From NCBI GenBank assembly GCA_028865345.1, contig JAGWKL010000009.1, forward strand, positions 7,382-71,381: DNA of 64,000 nucleotides, given 5' to 3'. Of the stretch, positions 21,003 through 30,575 are shown one piece after another (position 1 is the stretch's first letter; the number at the start of each line of letters is the position of its first letter). Below the pieces are notes generated by a model. That model did no database searches. It saw nothing but the letters and a program-made list of their open reading frames with translations, and had not been told where the DNA came from. The stretch comes from Candidatus Omnitrophota bacterium (lineage in GTDB: Bacteria > Omnitrophota > Gorgyraeia > Zapsychrales > Fredricksoniimonadaceae). The position numbers were made by a program, and so were the translations under genes.

Positions 21003-21086
21003 AAATTAAATTTACCTTTCAAAGATTTATGGTATAGTTTAGGTTCTTAAGTTAAGGTCAAAAGGTCATTTTGGAGAACAAGCGAT

Positions 21087-22832
21087 ATGGGCGGTTCCCC
21101 CAATAGCGCTTCACATCACGAATCTTTTATCCGCAAGTATATTTTTTCCACAGACCATAAGGTCATTGCCATTCAATACCTGTTTTTAAGCCTGTTTTTT
21201 CTCCTTTTTGGCTTTTTGCTGATGCTTTTGATGCGCTGGCAATTGGCCTATCCCGGGCAACCCGTACCTTTTAATTTTATAGGAAAGCTGTTCGGCCAAA
21301 ACAGTATGCCCGGCGGTGTCATGCTCCCTGAATTTTATAACCAGTTGGGGGCCATGCACGGGACGATCATGGTGTTTTTGGGGGTTGTCCCGCTGGGCTT
21401 CGCTGTTTTTGGAAATTATTTGATCCCTTTGCAGATCGGCGCCAGGGACATGGCCTTTCCACGGTTGAACATGTTCAGCTACTGGTCGTTTTTTGCAGGC
21501 GGCATGTTGATGCTCTCAAGCTTTTTTTGGCCGGGCGGCCCGGCCAGCAACGGCTGGACATCTTATGCCCCCTTGTCCGACATTGCGCATGACGGGCAGA
21601 CCATCTGGCTTTTCAGCATGTTTATCATCATCGTGTCCTCGCTGCTTTCTTCCTTAAATTTTATTGTGACTATCTTTAACCTCCGGGCCCCGGGCATGAC
21701 CTTCGAACGCCTGCCGTTCTTTATCTGGGCCCAACTGGTCACCTCCTTTTTACTGCTGTTAGCTTTCCCGCCGCTGGAAGGGGCCGCGTTTTTGCAATTG
21801 TGCGACCGCCTGCTGGGGACAAGCTTTTTTCTGCCCAGCGGCCTGTTTGTCAACGGCCAGGTCTACAATGTCAGCGGGGGAGGCAATGCGCTGCTTTGGC
21901 AGCATTTGTTCTGGTTTCTGGGCCATCCCGAGGTTTATGTCCTTATCCTGCCGGCCTTAGGCATCGTCACGGAAATCATCGCCAACAACACCAGAAAAAA
22001 TATCAGCGGCTTTAACATGATGCGCGTTTCCGTCATCTTTTTGGGCTTTTTGTCATTTGTCGTCTGGTCGCATCACATGTACTTGACCGGCATGGGCACC
22101 GATATCACAGCCTTTTTCCAATTGACCACCATGATCATCTCGATCCCATCCATCATCATCGTTTCTGCTTTGTTCATCACCTTGTGGGGGGGATCCATCC
22201 GTTTTACCACTCCGATGATCTTTGCCCTTGCCTTTTTACCCATGTTCGGTATCGGCGGGTTGACCGGTTTGCCCCTGGGCCTGGCCGCCACCGACATCCC
22301 TTTGCATGACACCTACTATGTCATCGGGCACTTTCATTATGTCGTGGCCCCGGGCGTTATTTTAGGGCTTTTTGCCGGGATTTATTATTGGTTCCCCAAG
22401 GCCACGGGCCGAAAAATGAATGACCTCCTTGGCCATCTGCATTTTTGGCCTACCTTGATCACCATGAATTTCGTTTTTTTCCCCATGCTCATTCAAGGCC
22501 TGATGGGGGTCAACCGCAGGTTGTACGACGGGGGGGAGACTTATTTATTCATGCATAAAGTGCTTTATTGGAATGTGGTCATCTCCTGGGCGGCCTGGGT
22601 CCTGGCCCTGGCCCAGCTTCCGTTTATCTTCAACTTTTTTTACAGCATGTTCAAAGGCGAAAAAGTCCATTCGGACAATCCCTGGGAGTCCACCACGCTG
22701 GAATGGGCCACACCCACACCGCCTCCGCACGGAAATTTCACCAAACAGCTGACCGTGTATCGCGATCCCTACAGCTACAGCCTGGAGGGAGCGCCTAAAG
22801 ATTACAGCCCACAATATCAGGAGGAGATTTAA
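21087..22832 (+). CDS. coxA: Heme-copper cytochrome c oxidase subunit I
   Basis: It is a 581-aa 12+ TM protein with His ligands in HHMYLTG and GHFHYV. Confidence 0.9.
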   Translation: MGGSPNSASHHESFIRKYIFSTDHKVIAIQYLFLSLFFLLFGFLLMLLMRWQLAYPGQPVPFNFIGKLFGQNSMPGGVMLPEFYNQLGAMHGTIMVFLGVVPLGFAVFGNYLIPLQIGARDMAFPRLNMFSYWSFFAGGMLMLSSFFWPGGPASNGWTSYAPLSDIAHDGQTIWLFSMFIIIVSSLLSSLNFIVTIFNLRAPGMTFERLPFFIWAQLVTSFLLLLAFPPLEGAAFLQLCDRLLGTSFFLPSGLFVNGQVYNVSGGGNALLWQHLFWFLGHPEVYVLILPALGIVTEIIANNTRKNISGFNMMRVSVIFLGFLSFVVWSHHMYLTGMGTDITAFFQLTTMIISIPSIIIVSALFITLWGGSIRFTTPMIFALAFLPMFGIGGLTGLPLGLAATDIPLHDTYYVIGHFHYVVAPGVILGLFAGIYYWFPKATGRKMNDLLGHLHFWPTLITMNFVFFPMLIQGLMGVNRRLYDGGETYLFMHKVLYWNVVISWAAWVLALAQLPFIFNFFYSMFKGEKVHSDNPWESTTLEWATPTPPPHGNFTKQLTVYRDPYSYSLEGAPKDYSPQYQEEI

Positions 22833-22833
22833 T

Positions 22834-23445
22834 TTGGAAGCCGCACATACCGAAGAATTTATCCCTTACATCGTTGAACCCCGCGAAGACACCGGCCTTT
22901 ATAACGCAAAATTCGGCATCTGGCTTTTTTTGGCCTCAGAAGTGATGCTCTTCGGGTCTTTGTTTTCAGCTTACATCCTGCTGCGCGCAGGGTCTTTCAA
23001 CTGGCCGGTGCAGTCCGACGTCCAGAACGTGCCTATCGGCGCCATCAACAGCATTGTCCTTTTGTCATCCAGCATATTTTTTATACGCGCCTGGGTCCAC
23101 TTGAAAGCTGATAATATCGCCAAATATAAACAATTCATGCGTTTGGTGCTTTTGTTTGCTTTTATATTCCTGACGCTTAAAGGTTTTGAGTATTACCAGC
23201 ATTTCAGCCATCATGAATACCCCAAAACAAATGTTTTTTTCGGCCTTTATTATTTAATGACAGGCCTTCATGCCTTGCATATTATCGGCGGAATTATTGT
23301 CAACAGCTTTTATCTTGGGCCCGGCATGCGCCTTAGGTCCACCAACAAACAATGGTTCATCAACCGCCTGGAAGTCGCCGGCCTTTATTGGCATTTTGTG
23401 GACTTAGTCTGGATATTTTTGTTCTCGACCCTGTACCTGCTCTAA
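22834..23445 (+). CDS. coxC: Cytochrome c oxidase subunit III
   Basis: It is a 5-7 TM protein with a conserved C-terminal YWHFVDLVWIFLF. Confidence 0.85.
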   Translation: MEAAHTEEFIPYIVEPREDTGLYNAKFGIWLFLASEVMLFGSLFSAYILLRAGSFNWPVQSDVQNVPIGAINSIVLLSSSIFFIRAWVHLKADNIAKYKQFMRLVLLFAFIFLTLKGFEYYQHFSHHEYPKTNVFFGLYYLMTGLHALHIIGGIIVNSFYLGPGMRLRSTNKQWFINRLEVAGLYWHFVDLVWIFLFSTLYLL

Positions 23446-23449
23446 ATCT

Positions 23450-23761
23450 ATGGAAGACCATTCGAATTCCGCAGACCTTAAAAGAGATATCCTGATCTAT
23501 GGCGCCATCGTTGTCCTGACGGTCCTGATTGTGCTTATCAGCCGTTTTCATCTGGGCGTATTGGGAATTTTTATCATTGTGCCCATCGCCTGCACGGAAG
23601 CCGGGGTCCTGGCTTATTTTTTCATGCACCTTAGCGCCAAACAAAAAACTCTTCATATGCTTTTGTTGTTGACCATTGTCGTCTTTTTGTCGTTATTATT
23701 TTGGCCCGTGTGGGACATTCTTTATTCACCGAGAACGCCCAGCGCCTATACCACGAATTGA
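23450..23761 (+). CDS. coxD: Cytochrome c oxidase subunit IV (bacterial small subunit)
   Basis: It is a 103-aa 3-TM protein placed after subunit III. Confidence 0.6.
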   Translation: MEDHSNSADLKRDILIYGAIVVLTVLIVLISRFHLGVLGIFIIVPIACTEAGVLAYFFMHLSAKQKTLHMLLLLTIVVFLSLLFWPVWDILYSPRTPSAYTTN

Positions 23762-23763
23762 TT

Positions 23764-24513
23764 ATGGACAGCCTTTTACAAAAACTCCTTCCCATGCAGC
23801 CTTTAGCGTCGGTGGAAGGCCGTGCCAATGATACCCTGATGTATCTCATTCATGGGCTTATTCTTGTCCTTTTTGTGGGTTGGGCCGTTTATTTTATTAC
23901 GGTCCTGATCAAATTCCGCCAGAGAAAAGGCGTTAAGGCCCGTGAAGTCCCTGTCGCGCATAAAATTTCAACGTCCGTTGAATGGACCGTGGCCTTTCTT
24001 GAACTTTTGCTTCTCTTTGCCTTCTCCATCCCTTTTTGGGCTGTGCACCAGGCGTCGATCCCTAAAGGCAAGAACATCCTGACGATCAAAGTGGTGGCCC
24101 AGCAATTCGCCTGGAACATCCATTATGCCGGCCCTGACGGGAGATTCGGCCATACCTCTGCCCGTTTCCTTAATGATAACCCCCTGGGGCTTGATCCCAG
24201 CGATCCTGACGGTAAAGACGACATCACCACCATGAACGAGATCTATCTGCCGGTCAATAAGCCTGTCATTTTCGACCTGACCAGCAAGGACGTCATCCAC
24301 AGTTTTGGCATACCTGCGATGCGTGTCAAACAAGATGTCATTCCCGGCATGGTCACCCATGTCTGGTTTACCCCGGATAAGATAGGCCAATATGAAGTGG
24401 CGTGTTCCCAGTTGTGCGGCCCGGGGCATTACCGCATGAGGGGCATTATCCATGTTGTGAGCCAGGCCGATTTTGACCAATGGATACAGCAAAACAAAGG
24501 AATCCATGACTGA
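23764..24513 (+). CDS. coxB: Cytochrome c oxidase subunit II (CuA) with no fused cytochrome c domain
   Basis: It has two N-terminal TMs and the CuA site H...CSQLCGPGHYRM. The start was taken at the ATG right after the coxD stop. Confidence 0.85.
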   Translation: MDSLLQKLLPMQPLASVEGRANDTLMYLIHGLILVLFVGWAVYFITVLIKFRQRKGVKAREVPVAHKISTSVEWTVAFLELLLLFAFSIPFWAVHQASIPKGKNILTIKVVAQQFAWNIHYAGPDGRFGHTSARFLNDNPLGLDPSDPDGKDDITTMNEIYLPVNKPVIFDLTSKDVIHSFGIPAMRVKQDVIPGMVTHVWFTPDKIGQYEVACSQLCGPGHYRMRGIIHVVSQADFDQWIQQNKGIHD

Positions 24514-25045
24514 TCATCATCCAACCCCAAGACCGGAAGAACCTGAGGATATCCAAAAGCGTAATTTTATAAAAACCCTGACTGTCGCGATTTTGGGATT
24601 TATAACGTTTTTCTTAACGCAGCCTTTTGTCACCTACCTGTTTCCGGTGGCTAAGGAGGGGACGAAGGAAAAATTTATCAAGGTCCCTAATTTCCCGGCC
24701 ATACCTCTCGAAACGCCTACAAAAATGACCTTCGAATACATGGATGTGCAGGCCTACATCACCAGCAATGTTATTTATGACGTTTGGGTGGTCAAGCATG
24801 CCGCTGATAAAGCCTCCGTCTATAACCCCCTGTGCACGCATTTAAATTGCCGTTACACCTGGGTGGGAAGCCACCATGAATTTATGTGCCCCTGTCACGG
24901 AAGCATATTTAACATCAACGGCAAGGTCGTTGGGGGCCCCGCCCCCAGGCCTTTGGACACCCTTCCTTATAAAATTGAAGGGGGGGAGCTTTATGTCCAT
25001 TGGGAATTGTTTAAAGCCGGCATCCCGCAGAAACTTGAGATTTAA
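24506..25045 (+). CDS. Rieske 2Fe-2S protein of a bc-type complex
   Basis: Rieske box I is CTHLNC and box II is CPCHGS. The ATG overlaps the coxB stop as ATGACTGA. Confidence 0.85.
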   Translation: MTDHHPTPRPEEPEDIQKRNFIKTLTVAILGFITFFLTQPFVTYLFPVAKEGTKEKFIKVPNFPAIPLETPTKMTFEYMDVQAYITSNVIYDVWVVKHAADKASVYNPLCTHLNCRYTWVGSHHEFMCPCHGSIFNINGKVVGGPAPRPLDTLPYKIEGGELYVHWELFKAGIPQKLEI

Positions 25046-25076
25046 TGCGTCAAGGCGAACAAAGTAAAGGGCCGTC

Positions 25077-27374
25077 ATGAGTAAGAAAAAATGGCTGCAT
25101 CAGATCAAAGACTGGGTCGATGAACGCACCGGATTGATAAAGGCCGGCGCTGAATTCCTTCATGAAGAAATCCCCGGCGGCACCAGGTTTTCATACACCT
25201 TAGGCAGCGCCTGTTTATTTCTTTTGACCCTCCAGATCGTCACCGGCATCTGGCAGCTTTTTTATTATGTTCCGACCATTGATTATGCGTACTCCAGCTT
25301 AAATTACCTGCGCCTGCAGGTCCCATATGGGTGGCTCATCCACGGCATCCATTATTGGGGAGGGACTTTATTTACCATCGTCGTGGGATTGCACTGCCTG
25401 CGGGTTTTCATCTGGGGGTCCTATAAAAAGCCCCGGGAAATGGTGTGGCTGATGGGCATCGTGCTCATTATCCTGACGGCCCTGTTCATGTTCACCGGTC
25501 CGGTATTGCCCTGGGACAAAAACGGTTACTGGGCGGGGCAGGTGGGCATCGGCATCGCCGGCACCGTCCCTATCGTCGGTCCGCTGACGCAGATGCTGAT
25601 GCAGGGCGCCGACAAGATGGGGCAAATGGCCTTATTGCGCATGTATGTCATGCATGTGGCGCTTTTGCCCGGCGCCATTGCCCTTTTTGTGATTTTGCAT
25701 TTGGTGGCTTTCCGGAAATACGGTGAATCCGGGCCATGGGATAAAAAGAAGCGCGGAGGAGTCGGATATTTCTGGCCGGAACAGATATTCAAGGATGTGC
25801 TGGTTTCATTGTTGATATTCCTTTTGCTTGTTTACCTTTCCGCCTTTCATCCGGCGCCTTTTTCCGGTCTGGCCGACCCCATGGATACGCTTGTCACCCC
25901 TAAACCGGCCTGGAATTTTCTTTTCCTCTATCAATTGCTTAAATTGAAAATATTTTCAGGTCCTTTTGAACCATTGGGCACTGCCGGCATTCCCACGCTC
26001 TTTATCCTGCTTTTTGCTTCACTGCCTTTTGTGGACAAGAGTCCTGAACGCAATCCTTTTAAACGCGGCTTTGTCGTATTAAGCGGGTTTGCTTTTGTGG
26101 GCATGATCTTATATTTAACCTGGCTTGGTTATAGCTACACGTCTCCTGCCGTGGCAGCTCAAAAGGAACAGCCTAACCGCACCATGGTGACCCTTCACCA
26201 TAAAACGCAACCCCCCATGGACCTTCAAGAAACCATGCTCCTTGCCAATGCCAATAAAAAATTGACAGGAAAGAAGTTATTCCATACCTTGGGATGTACG
26301 GAATGCCATACCATAACCGGCAAGCCCAGCAATAAGCAAGGCCCGGACCTTATCATGGCAAAATCCAACAATCGTACCCGTGCCTGGTTATATGAACAGA
26401 TCGTTTCCCCTCAATCGCACAATCCCCGTACGATCATGCCGCCGTTTTCGGATTTAAGCCATAAAAATGTCGAGCTTTTGATTAATTTCCTGGACGGGCT
26501 GAAAGCCCCCAAGACGGCGGCGTTGCCGCCTCCGCCGCCGGCGTCGACAGCCGGAGGGACTGCGGCCGGCAAAGCAGCTGCCATTAAATACGGCGAACAA
26601 CTTTTCAATACAGTGGGCTGTACTCAATGCCATACGATCCAGGGCCGGCCAAGCAACAAGGTAGGGCCGGATTTGATCATAGCCGTCAAAAAGAGCAATC
26701 CTTCCAAAGATTGGCTCAAGACCCAGTTGACAGATCCCCAAGCGCATAATCCCATGAGCATCATGCCTTCATTTTCCAGCCGCTTGAATGACACGCAGAT
26801 GAATGCCGTGATTGTTTTCTTAAAAAGTTTGTCGACAAGAAAAGCAGTGCCATTGCCCGCCGGAGTGACGGAGACATCTTCCAGTAATACGAGTTCATCT
26901 TCGTCTTTCAGCAGCAATGCCGTTTATGCCACCAATATCATCGGTGACAAAGATCACGGAGCCATTCTCTTTCACCAGTCTTGTATCATGTGCCATGGGC
27001 CCCACGGAAACCCCAAAACCCCGGGATTTAACGCCCCCAAAGGCGTCCCGCCCCTTAATCCGATCGACCCCCATATTTTTAACGCCGATCCGCAGGCTTT
27101 TGTCGATCATATAAATACATTTATTCAGCACGGCGCCCCCAATATCGAGGGCGGCCCCAAAATGCCCAACTTCGGCGATTCTAATGCTTTGACCCAGGCC
27201 CAGATAGCGGACCTGGAAGCCTATGTCCTTTCCCTTAACGGAGTTGACCGCACCATGATCATGAACCCCGGGATTCAGCCCAAAGTATTTTTTTATACCT
27301 TACTTTGGATCACCTCTGTTATAATCATGTTAGCTGCAGTGTATTGGTTCGTGATCAGAACGCTTAAAATATAA
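25077..27374 (+). CDS. Cytochrome b fused to a C-terminal tri-heme c-type cytochrome
   Basis: The N-terminal 400 aa is a cyt b with His pairs in IHGIHYWG/GLHCLR and MHVALLP/ILHLVAF. The C-terminus carries three CxxCH motifs (CTECH, CTQCH, CIMCH) after a Pro-rich linker. Confidence 0.85.
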   Translation: MSKKKWLHQIKDWVDERTGLIKAGAEFLHEEIPGGTRFSYTLGSACLFLLTLQIVTGIWQLFYYVPTIDYAYSSLNYLRLQVPYGWLIHGIHYWGGTLFTIVVGLHCLRVFIWGSYKKPREMVWLMGIVLIILTALFMFTGPVLPWDKNGYWAGQVGIGIAGTVPIVGPLTQMLMQGADKMGQMALLRMYVMHVALLPGAIALFVILHLVAFRKYGESGPWDKKKRGGVGYFWPEQIFKDVLVSLLIFLLLVYLSAFHPAPFSGLADPMDTLVTPKPAWNFLFLYQLLKLKIFSGPFEPLGTAGIPTLFILLFASLPFVDKSPERNPFKRGFVVLSGFAFVGMILYLTWLGYSYTSPAVAAQKEQPNRTMVTLHHKTQPPMDLQETMLLANANKKLTGKKLFHTLGCTECHTITGKPSNKQGPDLIMAKSNNRTRAWLYEQIVSPQSHNPRTIMPPFSDLSHKNVELLINFLDGLKAPKTAALPPPPPASTAGGTAAGKAAAIKYGEQLFNTVGCTQCHTIQGRPSNKVGPDLIIAVKKSNPSKDWLKTQLTDPQAHNPMSIMPSFSSRLNDTQMNAVIVFLKSLSTRKAVPLPAGVTETSSSNTSSSSSFSSNAVYATNIIGDKDHGAILFHQSCIMCHGPHGNPKTPGFNAPKGVPPLNPIDPHIFNADPQAFVDHINTFIQHGAPNIEGGPKMPNFGDSNALTQAQIADLEAYVLSLNGVDRTMIMNPGIQPKVFFYTLLWITSVIIMLAAVYWFVIRTLKI

Positions 27375-27375
27375 T

Positions 27376-28401
27376 TTGCCCCTTCAACTTATGCAGACTG
27401 AAACCTTTGCCCTCCGACGTTTTTCAAAATTCCTTTGTCTTTTGACCCTGGGCCTGATTTTCTTAGGCGCCCTGGTCAAAAGCACCGATTCAGGACTTTC
27501 CGTGCCTGATTGGCCGACCACTTACGGCAAATTCATATACGCTTATCCTCTTAACAAAATGTACGGGGGGATCAAGTTTGAGCAAACCCACCGGCTGCTG
27601 GCATCCTTGGTGGGGATGCTGACCCTGCTTTTGACCATATGGCTTCTTCGTGTCAGGGACATGCCCCTTTGGGTCAGACGTTGGGGCATATTCGCATTTG
27701 TCGCAGTTGTACTTCAAGGTGTTTTAGGGGGACTGGGCGTCATATATTTCCTGCCGGTTTGGCTGACATCCTTACACGGAGTCCTGGCCCAGACATTTCT
27801 TCTGATTCTGATCTTTATCGCCTACGCGTTGTCCGCGGAACGCCATCAGCGTGGCAAGACCCAGGAAGAAGGCCATGACGGGACTTTCCTGAAGCCGGCC
27901 CTCTTTTTGATGGCGATGATCTACATCCAATTGATCATCGGCAATGTCGTGCGTCATTCCGGCTCCGGGCTGGCGGTGCCGGATTTCCCGACGATGGGAT
28001 GGAAGCTGATCCCAACTTTTGATGCCGCCTGGCTTCACAGGATCAACGCCTGGCGCTTCGAGCACAATATGGACCCCGTTACCATGGCCCAGGTATGCAT
28101 CCATCTTCTTCACCGCTTCTGGGCTTTTTTGATCGTCATTAGCCTTCTGTGGACCAATAAGATCGCTTATGACCGGTGCCTGAAGAATGCCGTTATCATG
28201 AAGACCCTGTATTGGCTTAATATTGCGATTATACTGCAAGTGGTTTTGGGGGCCTCCACGGTGCTGTCCCATGAAGAAGTTTATACAACGACCCTGCATG
28301 TGACCACAGGGGCGATCGTATTGACCTTGTCTTTCATCATGGTGCTGCGTTCAGCGCCCATAAAGTGGAAACAATTCAAATCATTGGTTTTTGCAAAATG
28401 A
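27376..28401 (+). CDS. ctaA: Heme A synthase (COX15/CtaA)
   Basis: It is an 8-TM protein with the COX15-like N-terminus STDSGLSVPDWPTTYG and conserved His residues. Confidence 0.85.
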   Translation: MPLQLMQTETFALRRFSKFLCLLTLGLIFLGALVKSTDSGLSVPDWPTTYGKFIYAYPLNKMYGGIKFEQTHRLLASLVGMLTLLLTIWLLRVRDMPLWVRRWGIFAFVAVVLQGVLGGLGVIYFLPVWLTSLHGVLAQTFLLILIFIAYALSAERHQRGKTQEEGHDGTFLKPALFLMAMIYIQLIIGNVVRHSGSGLAVPDFPTMGWKLIPTFDAAWLHRINAWRFEHNMDPVTMAQVCIHLLHRFWAFLIVISLLWTNKIAYDRCLKNAVIMKTLYWLNIAIILQVVLGASTVLSHEEVYTTTLHVTTGAIVLTLSFIMVLRSAPIKWKQFKSLVFAK

Positions 28402-29270
28402 AGAATAAATTCAAACTCTATAAGGCCTATTGGAGCATGACCAAGCCCGGCATCATGATGATGGTGCTGGTGACAACCGCCCTGGGGTTCTATTTTGCCG
28501 GCCGCGGCATTCAAGATTCCGTATTGCTTCTTTGGACATTGCTTGGTTCAGGATTGACGTGCGGGGGGGCATCCGTGCTCAATCAATACCTTGAGAGAGA
28601 TGTTGACGCGATCATGCGGCGCACCCAAAACAGGCCCATTCCGACGGGAATCATTGCGCCGGAAGATGCCTTGACCTTCGGTCTTGCCCTTATCTTAAGC
28701 GGCCTGTTCGTGTTCTGCTGGAAGGTCAATTTATTGACGGCGTTCTTGAGCCTGCTGACTTGTTTTTTATATGTTTTAGTCTACACGCCGATGAAAAAAC
28801 TGACCTGGCTGAACACCAGTTTCGGCGCCATTCCGGGAGCCATCCCGCCTTTGGGAGGCTGGGCCGCGGCGACCGATCATTTGGCCCCGGGCGGATGGAT
28901 CCTGTTTTTGATCATGTTCACCTGGCAGCACCCGCATTTTTATTCCATCGCCTGGTTGCTGAAAGATGATTATAAAAAAGCCGGATTTAAAATGCTGCCT
29001 GTCGTCCATCCGGACGCCAAATACACCCTTGTACAGATCACGGCCTTCAGTTTCCTTTTGACCGCCTTTTCGCTGATGCCGTCTTTGGCCGGCATGTCCG
29101 GCAAAATATATTTCTGGGGCGCCCTTGGCCTGGGGATAGGTGTTTTATACACCGCTTTTTTGTTCCAGCACAACCAATCCGACGCCAATGCGCGCAAGAT
29201 CCTGGGCGCATCCATTATGTATCTTCCTCTTTTATTGGTCCTGATCATCGTTGACGGGGCTTTAAGCTGA
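28398..29270 (+). CDS. ctaB: Protoheme IX farnesyltransferase (heme O synthase)
   Basis: It is a UbiA-family protein with YWSMTKPGIMMMV and NQYLERDVDAIMRRTQNRP. The ATGA overlaps the ctaA stop. Confidence 0.9.
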   Translation: MKNKFKLYKAYWSMTKPGIMMMVLVTTALGFYFAGRGIQDSVLLLWTLLGSGLTCGGASVLNQYLERDVDAIMRRTQNRPIPTGIIAPEDALTFGLALILSGLFVFCWKVNLLTAFLSLLTCFLYVLVYTPMKKLTWLNTSFGAIPGAIPPLGGWAAATDHLAPGGWILFLIMFTWQHPHFYSIAWLLKDDYKKAGFKMLPVVHPDAKYTLVQITAFSFLLTAFSLMPSLAGMSGKIYFWGALGLGIGVLYTAFLFQHNQSDANARKILGASIMYLPLLLVLIIVDGALS

Positions 29271-29271
29271 T

Positions 29272-29691
29272 ATGCATCCGCCTATCCTGCCGACCATCAA
29301 TGCCGGTTTGAACGCTTCTGCGGGAGTCCTTTTGACCTTGGGAGGGATTGCCATCAAGAACAAAGACCGCGTCAGACACAAAAAATTCATGATTTCAGCT
29401 TTTGCCTGTTCGGCTTTGTTCTTATGCACCTACCTGTATTACCACTTCACATCAGGGATCACGTATTATCACGGCAAGGGGATCTTAAGGACGATTTATT
29501 TTATCGTTTTGGGCACGCATACGCCCCTGGCGGTATTGATTGTGCCCTTTATCATCATGGCCATCCGCCATGCCTTAAGAGGGGAGTTTGATAAACACAC
29601 GCGCATTACCCGTTGGCTTTATCCGGCCTGGATTTATGTGTCGGTGACAGGCGTGGTAGTTTACTTCATGCTTTTCGTTCTTCCTGCCTGA
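29272..29691 (+). CDS. DUF420-family membrane protein commonly linked to aa3/caa3 oxidase clusters
   Basis: It is a 139-aa 4-TM protein at the end of the operon. Confidence 0.6.
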   Translation: MHPPILPTINAGLNASAGVLLTLGGIAIKNKDRVRHKKFMISAFACSALFLCTYLYYHFTSGITYYHGKGILRTIYFIVLGTHTPLAVLIVPFIIMAIRHALRGEFDKHTRITRWLYPAWIYVSVTGVVVYFMLFVLPA

Positions 29692-29720
29692 CGACCAAGA
29701 AAAGCTGATTAAGTCTTTTG

Positions 29721-30242
29721 TTATTTATTTTTCCTGCCGGTTATAAACGCGATCCTTTTGGCGATCATCCCCATAAAAAAGTCCGACTGGCCAAGCAATG
29801 TCCCGAAGACCAGCAAACCCGCGTAATAGGTGGGAGGGATAATAGGGATATAGACAAGGACCTTGATCCAAAGGGGCGTTTTGAGGGTAATACCCAGTAC
29901 GTGGAAAATGAATTTACGCACAGGCATGATGAACATGCCCGCCAGAGAGAAGCTCAGCATGATCATCCAGAAGTCCCATTCCTTTTTACATTTGACCCTG
30001 AGGCGTTGAAATACGAAGTACATTCCCATGGTTAAAAAACATGCGGCGGCGATAAATGGGATGGAGGCAAGCAGCCTGACAAAAAGGGACGATTGGGGCG
30101 TAATGCCCAGCATATGGAAGAAAAGCATGGCCAGAAGGCCAAGGCCCGTAAAAGCCATGACAATGCTAAGCAGGGCCCTTCCCAAATCCCAAATGCCGTT
30201 GATCTGCCATTTGGTTGATGGCGTTTCAGTGGAATTCATCAT
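29721..30242 (-). CDS. Polytopic membrane protein, hypothetical
   Basis: It is 173 aa with 4-5 TM segments. It is the last gene of a minus-strand trio with a ferredoxin and a B12-radical SAM protein. Confidence 0.5.
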   Translation of the reverse strand: MMNSTETPSTKWQINGIWDLGRALLSIVMAFTGLGLLAMLFFHMLGITPQSSLFVRLLASIPFIAAACFLTMGMYFVFQRLRVKCKKEWDFWMIMLSFSLAGMFIMPVRKFIFHVLGITLKTPLWIKVLVYIPIIPPTYYAGLLVFGTLLGQSDFFMGMIAKRIAFITGRKNK

Positions 30243-30253
30243 TTGCTTCCAGG

Positions 30254-30538
30254 TTATTTTTTTGGTTCAGCCAAAGGAGTCTTTTTTTGAGTGATCACTG
30301 GCAGCTCCTTTGACTTGGTGGCGTTTAACTCTGTGAAACTTTTGTATTTTTCAGGCAGGTCTGAATCCGAATAAATGGCCTGTACGGGGCATTCCGGAAT
30401 GCAGGCGCCGCAATCAATGCAAACCTCAGGGTCGATGACCAGCATTTCTTTATCTTCATGAAAGCAGTCCACGGGGCAGACCGTGACGCAATCGGTATAT
30501 TTACATTTAATGCAGGGTTCTGTAACGATGTGGGCCAT
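30254..30538 (-). CDS. 7Fe/8Fe ferredoxin (FdxA-like)
   Basis: [18 protein letters not shown] and [12 protein letters not shown] are two Cys clusters. Confidence 0.85.
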   Translation of the reverse strand: MAHIVTEPCIKCKYTDCVTVCPVDCFHEDKEMLVIDPEVCIDCGACIPECPVQAIYSDSDLPEKYKSFTELNATKSKELPVITQKKTPLAEPKK

Positions 30539-30575
30539 ATAAATTCTCCTTGAACTTTTGAATTACTATATCAAA

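Noticed and set aside
25368-25792. Antisense and alternate-frame ORFs within the cytochrome b gene
   Set aside because: They lie within a well-supported cyt b coding region and their translations are His/Arg/Pro-rich low-complexity.
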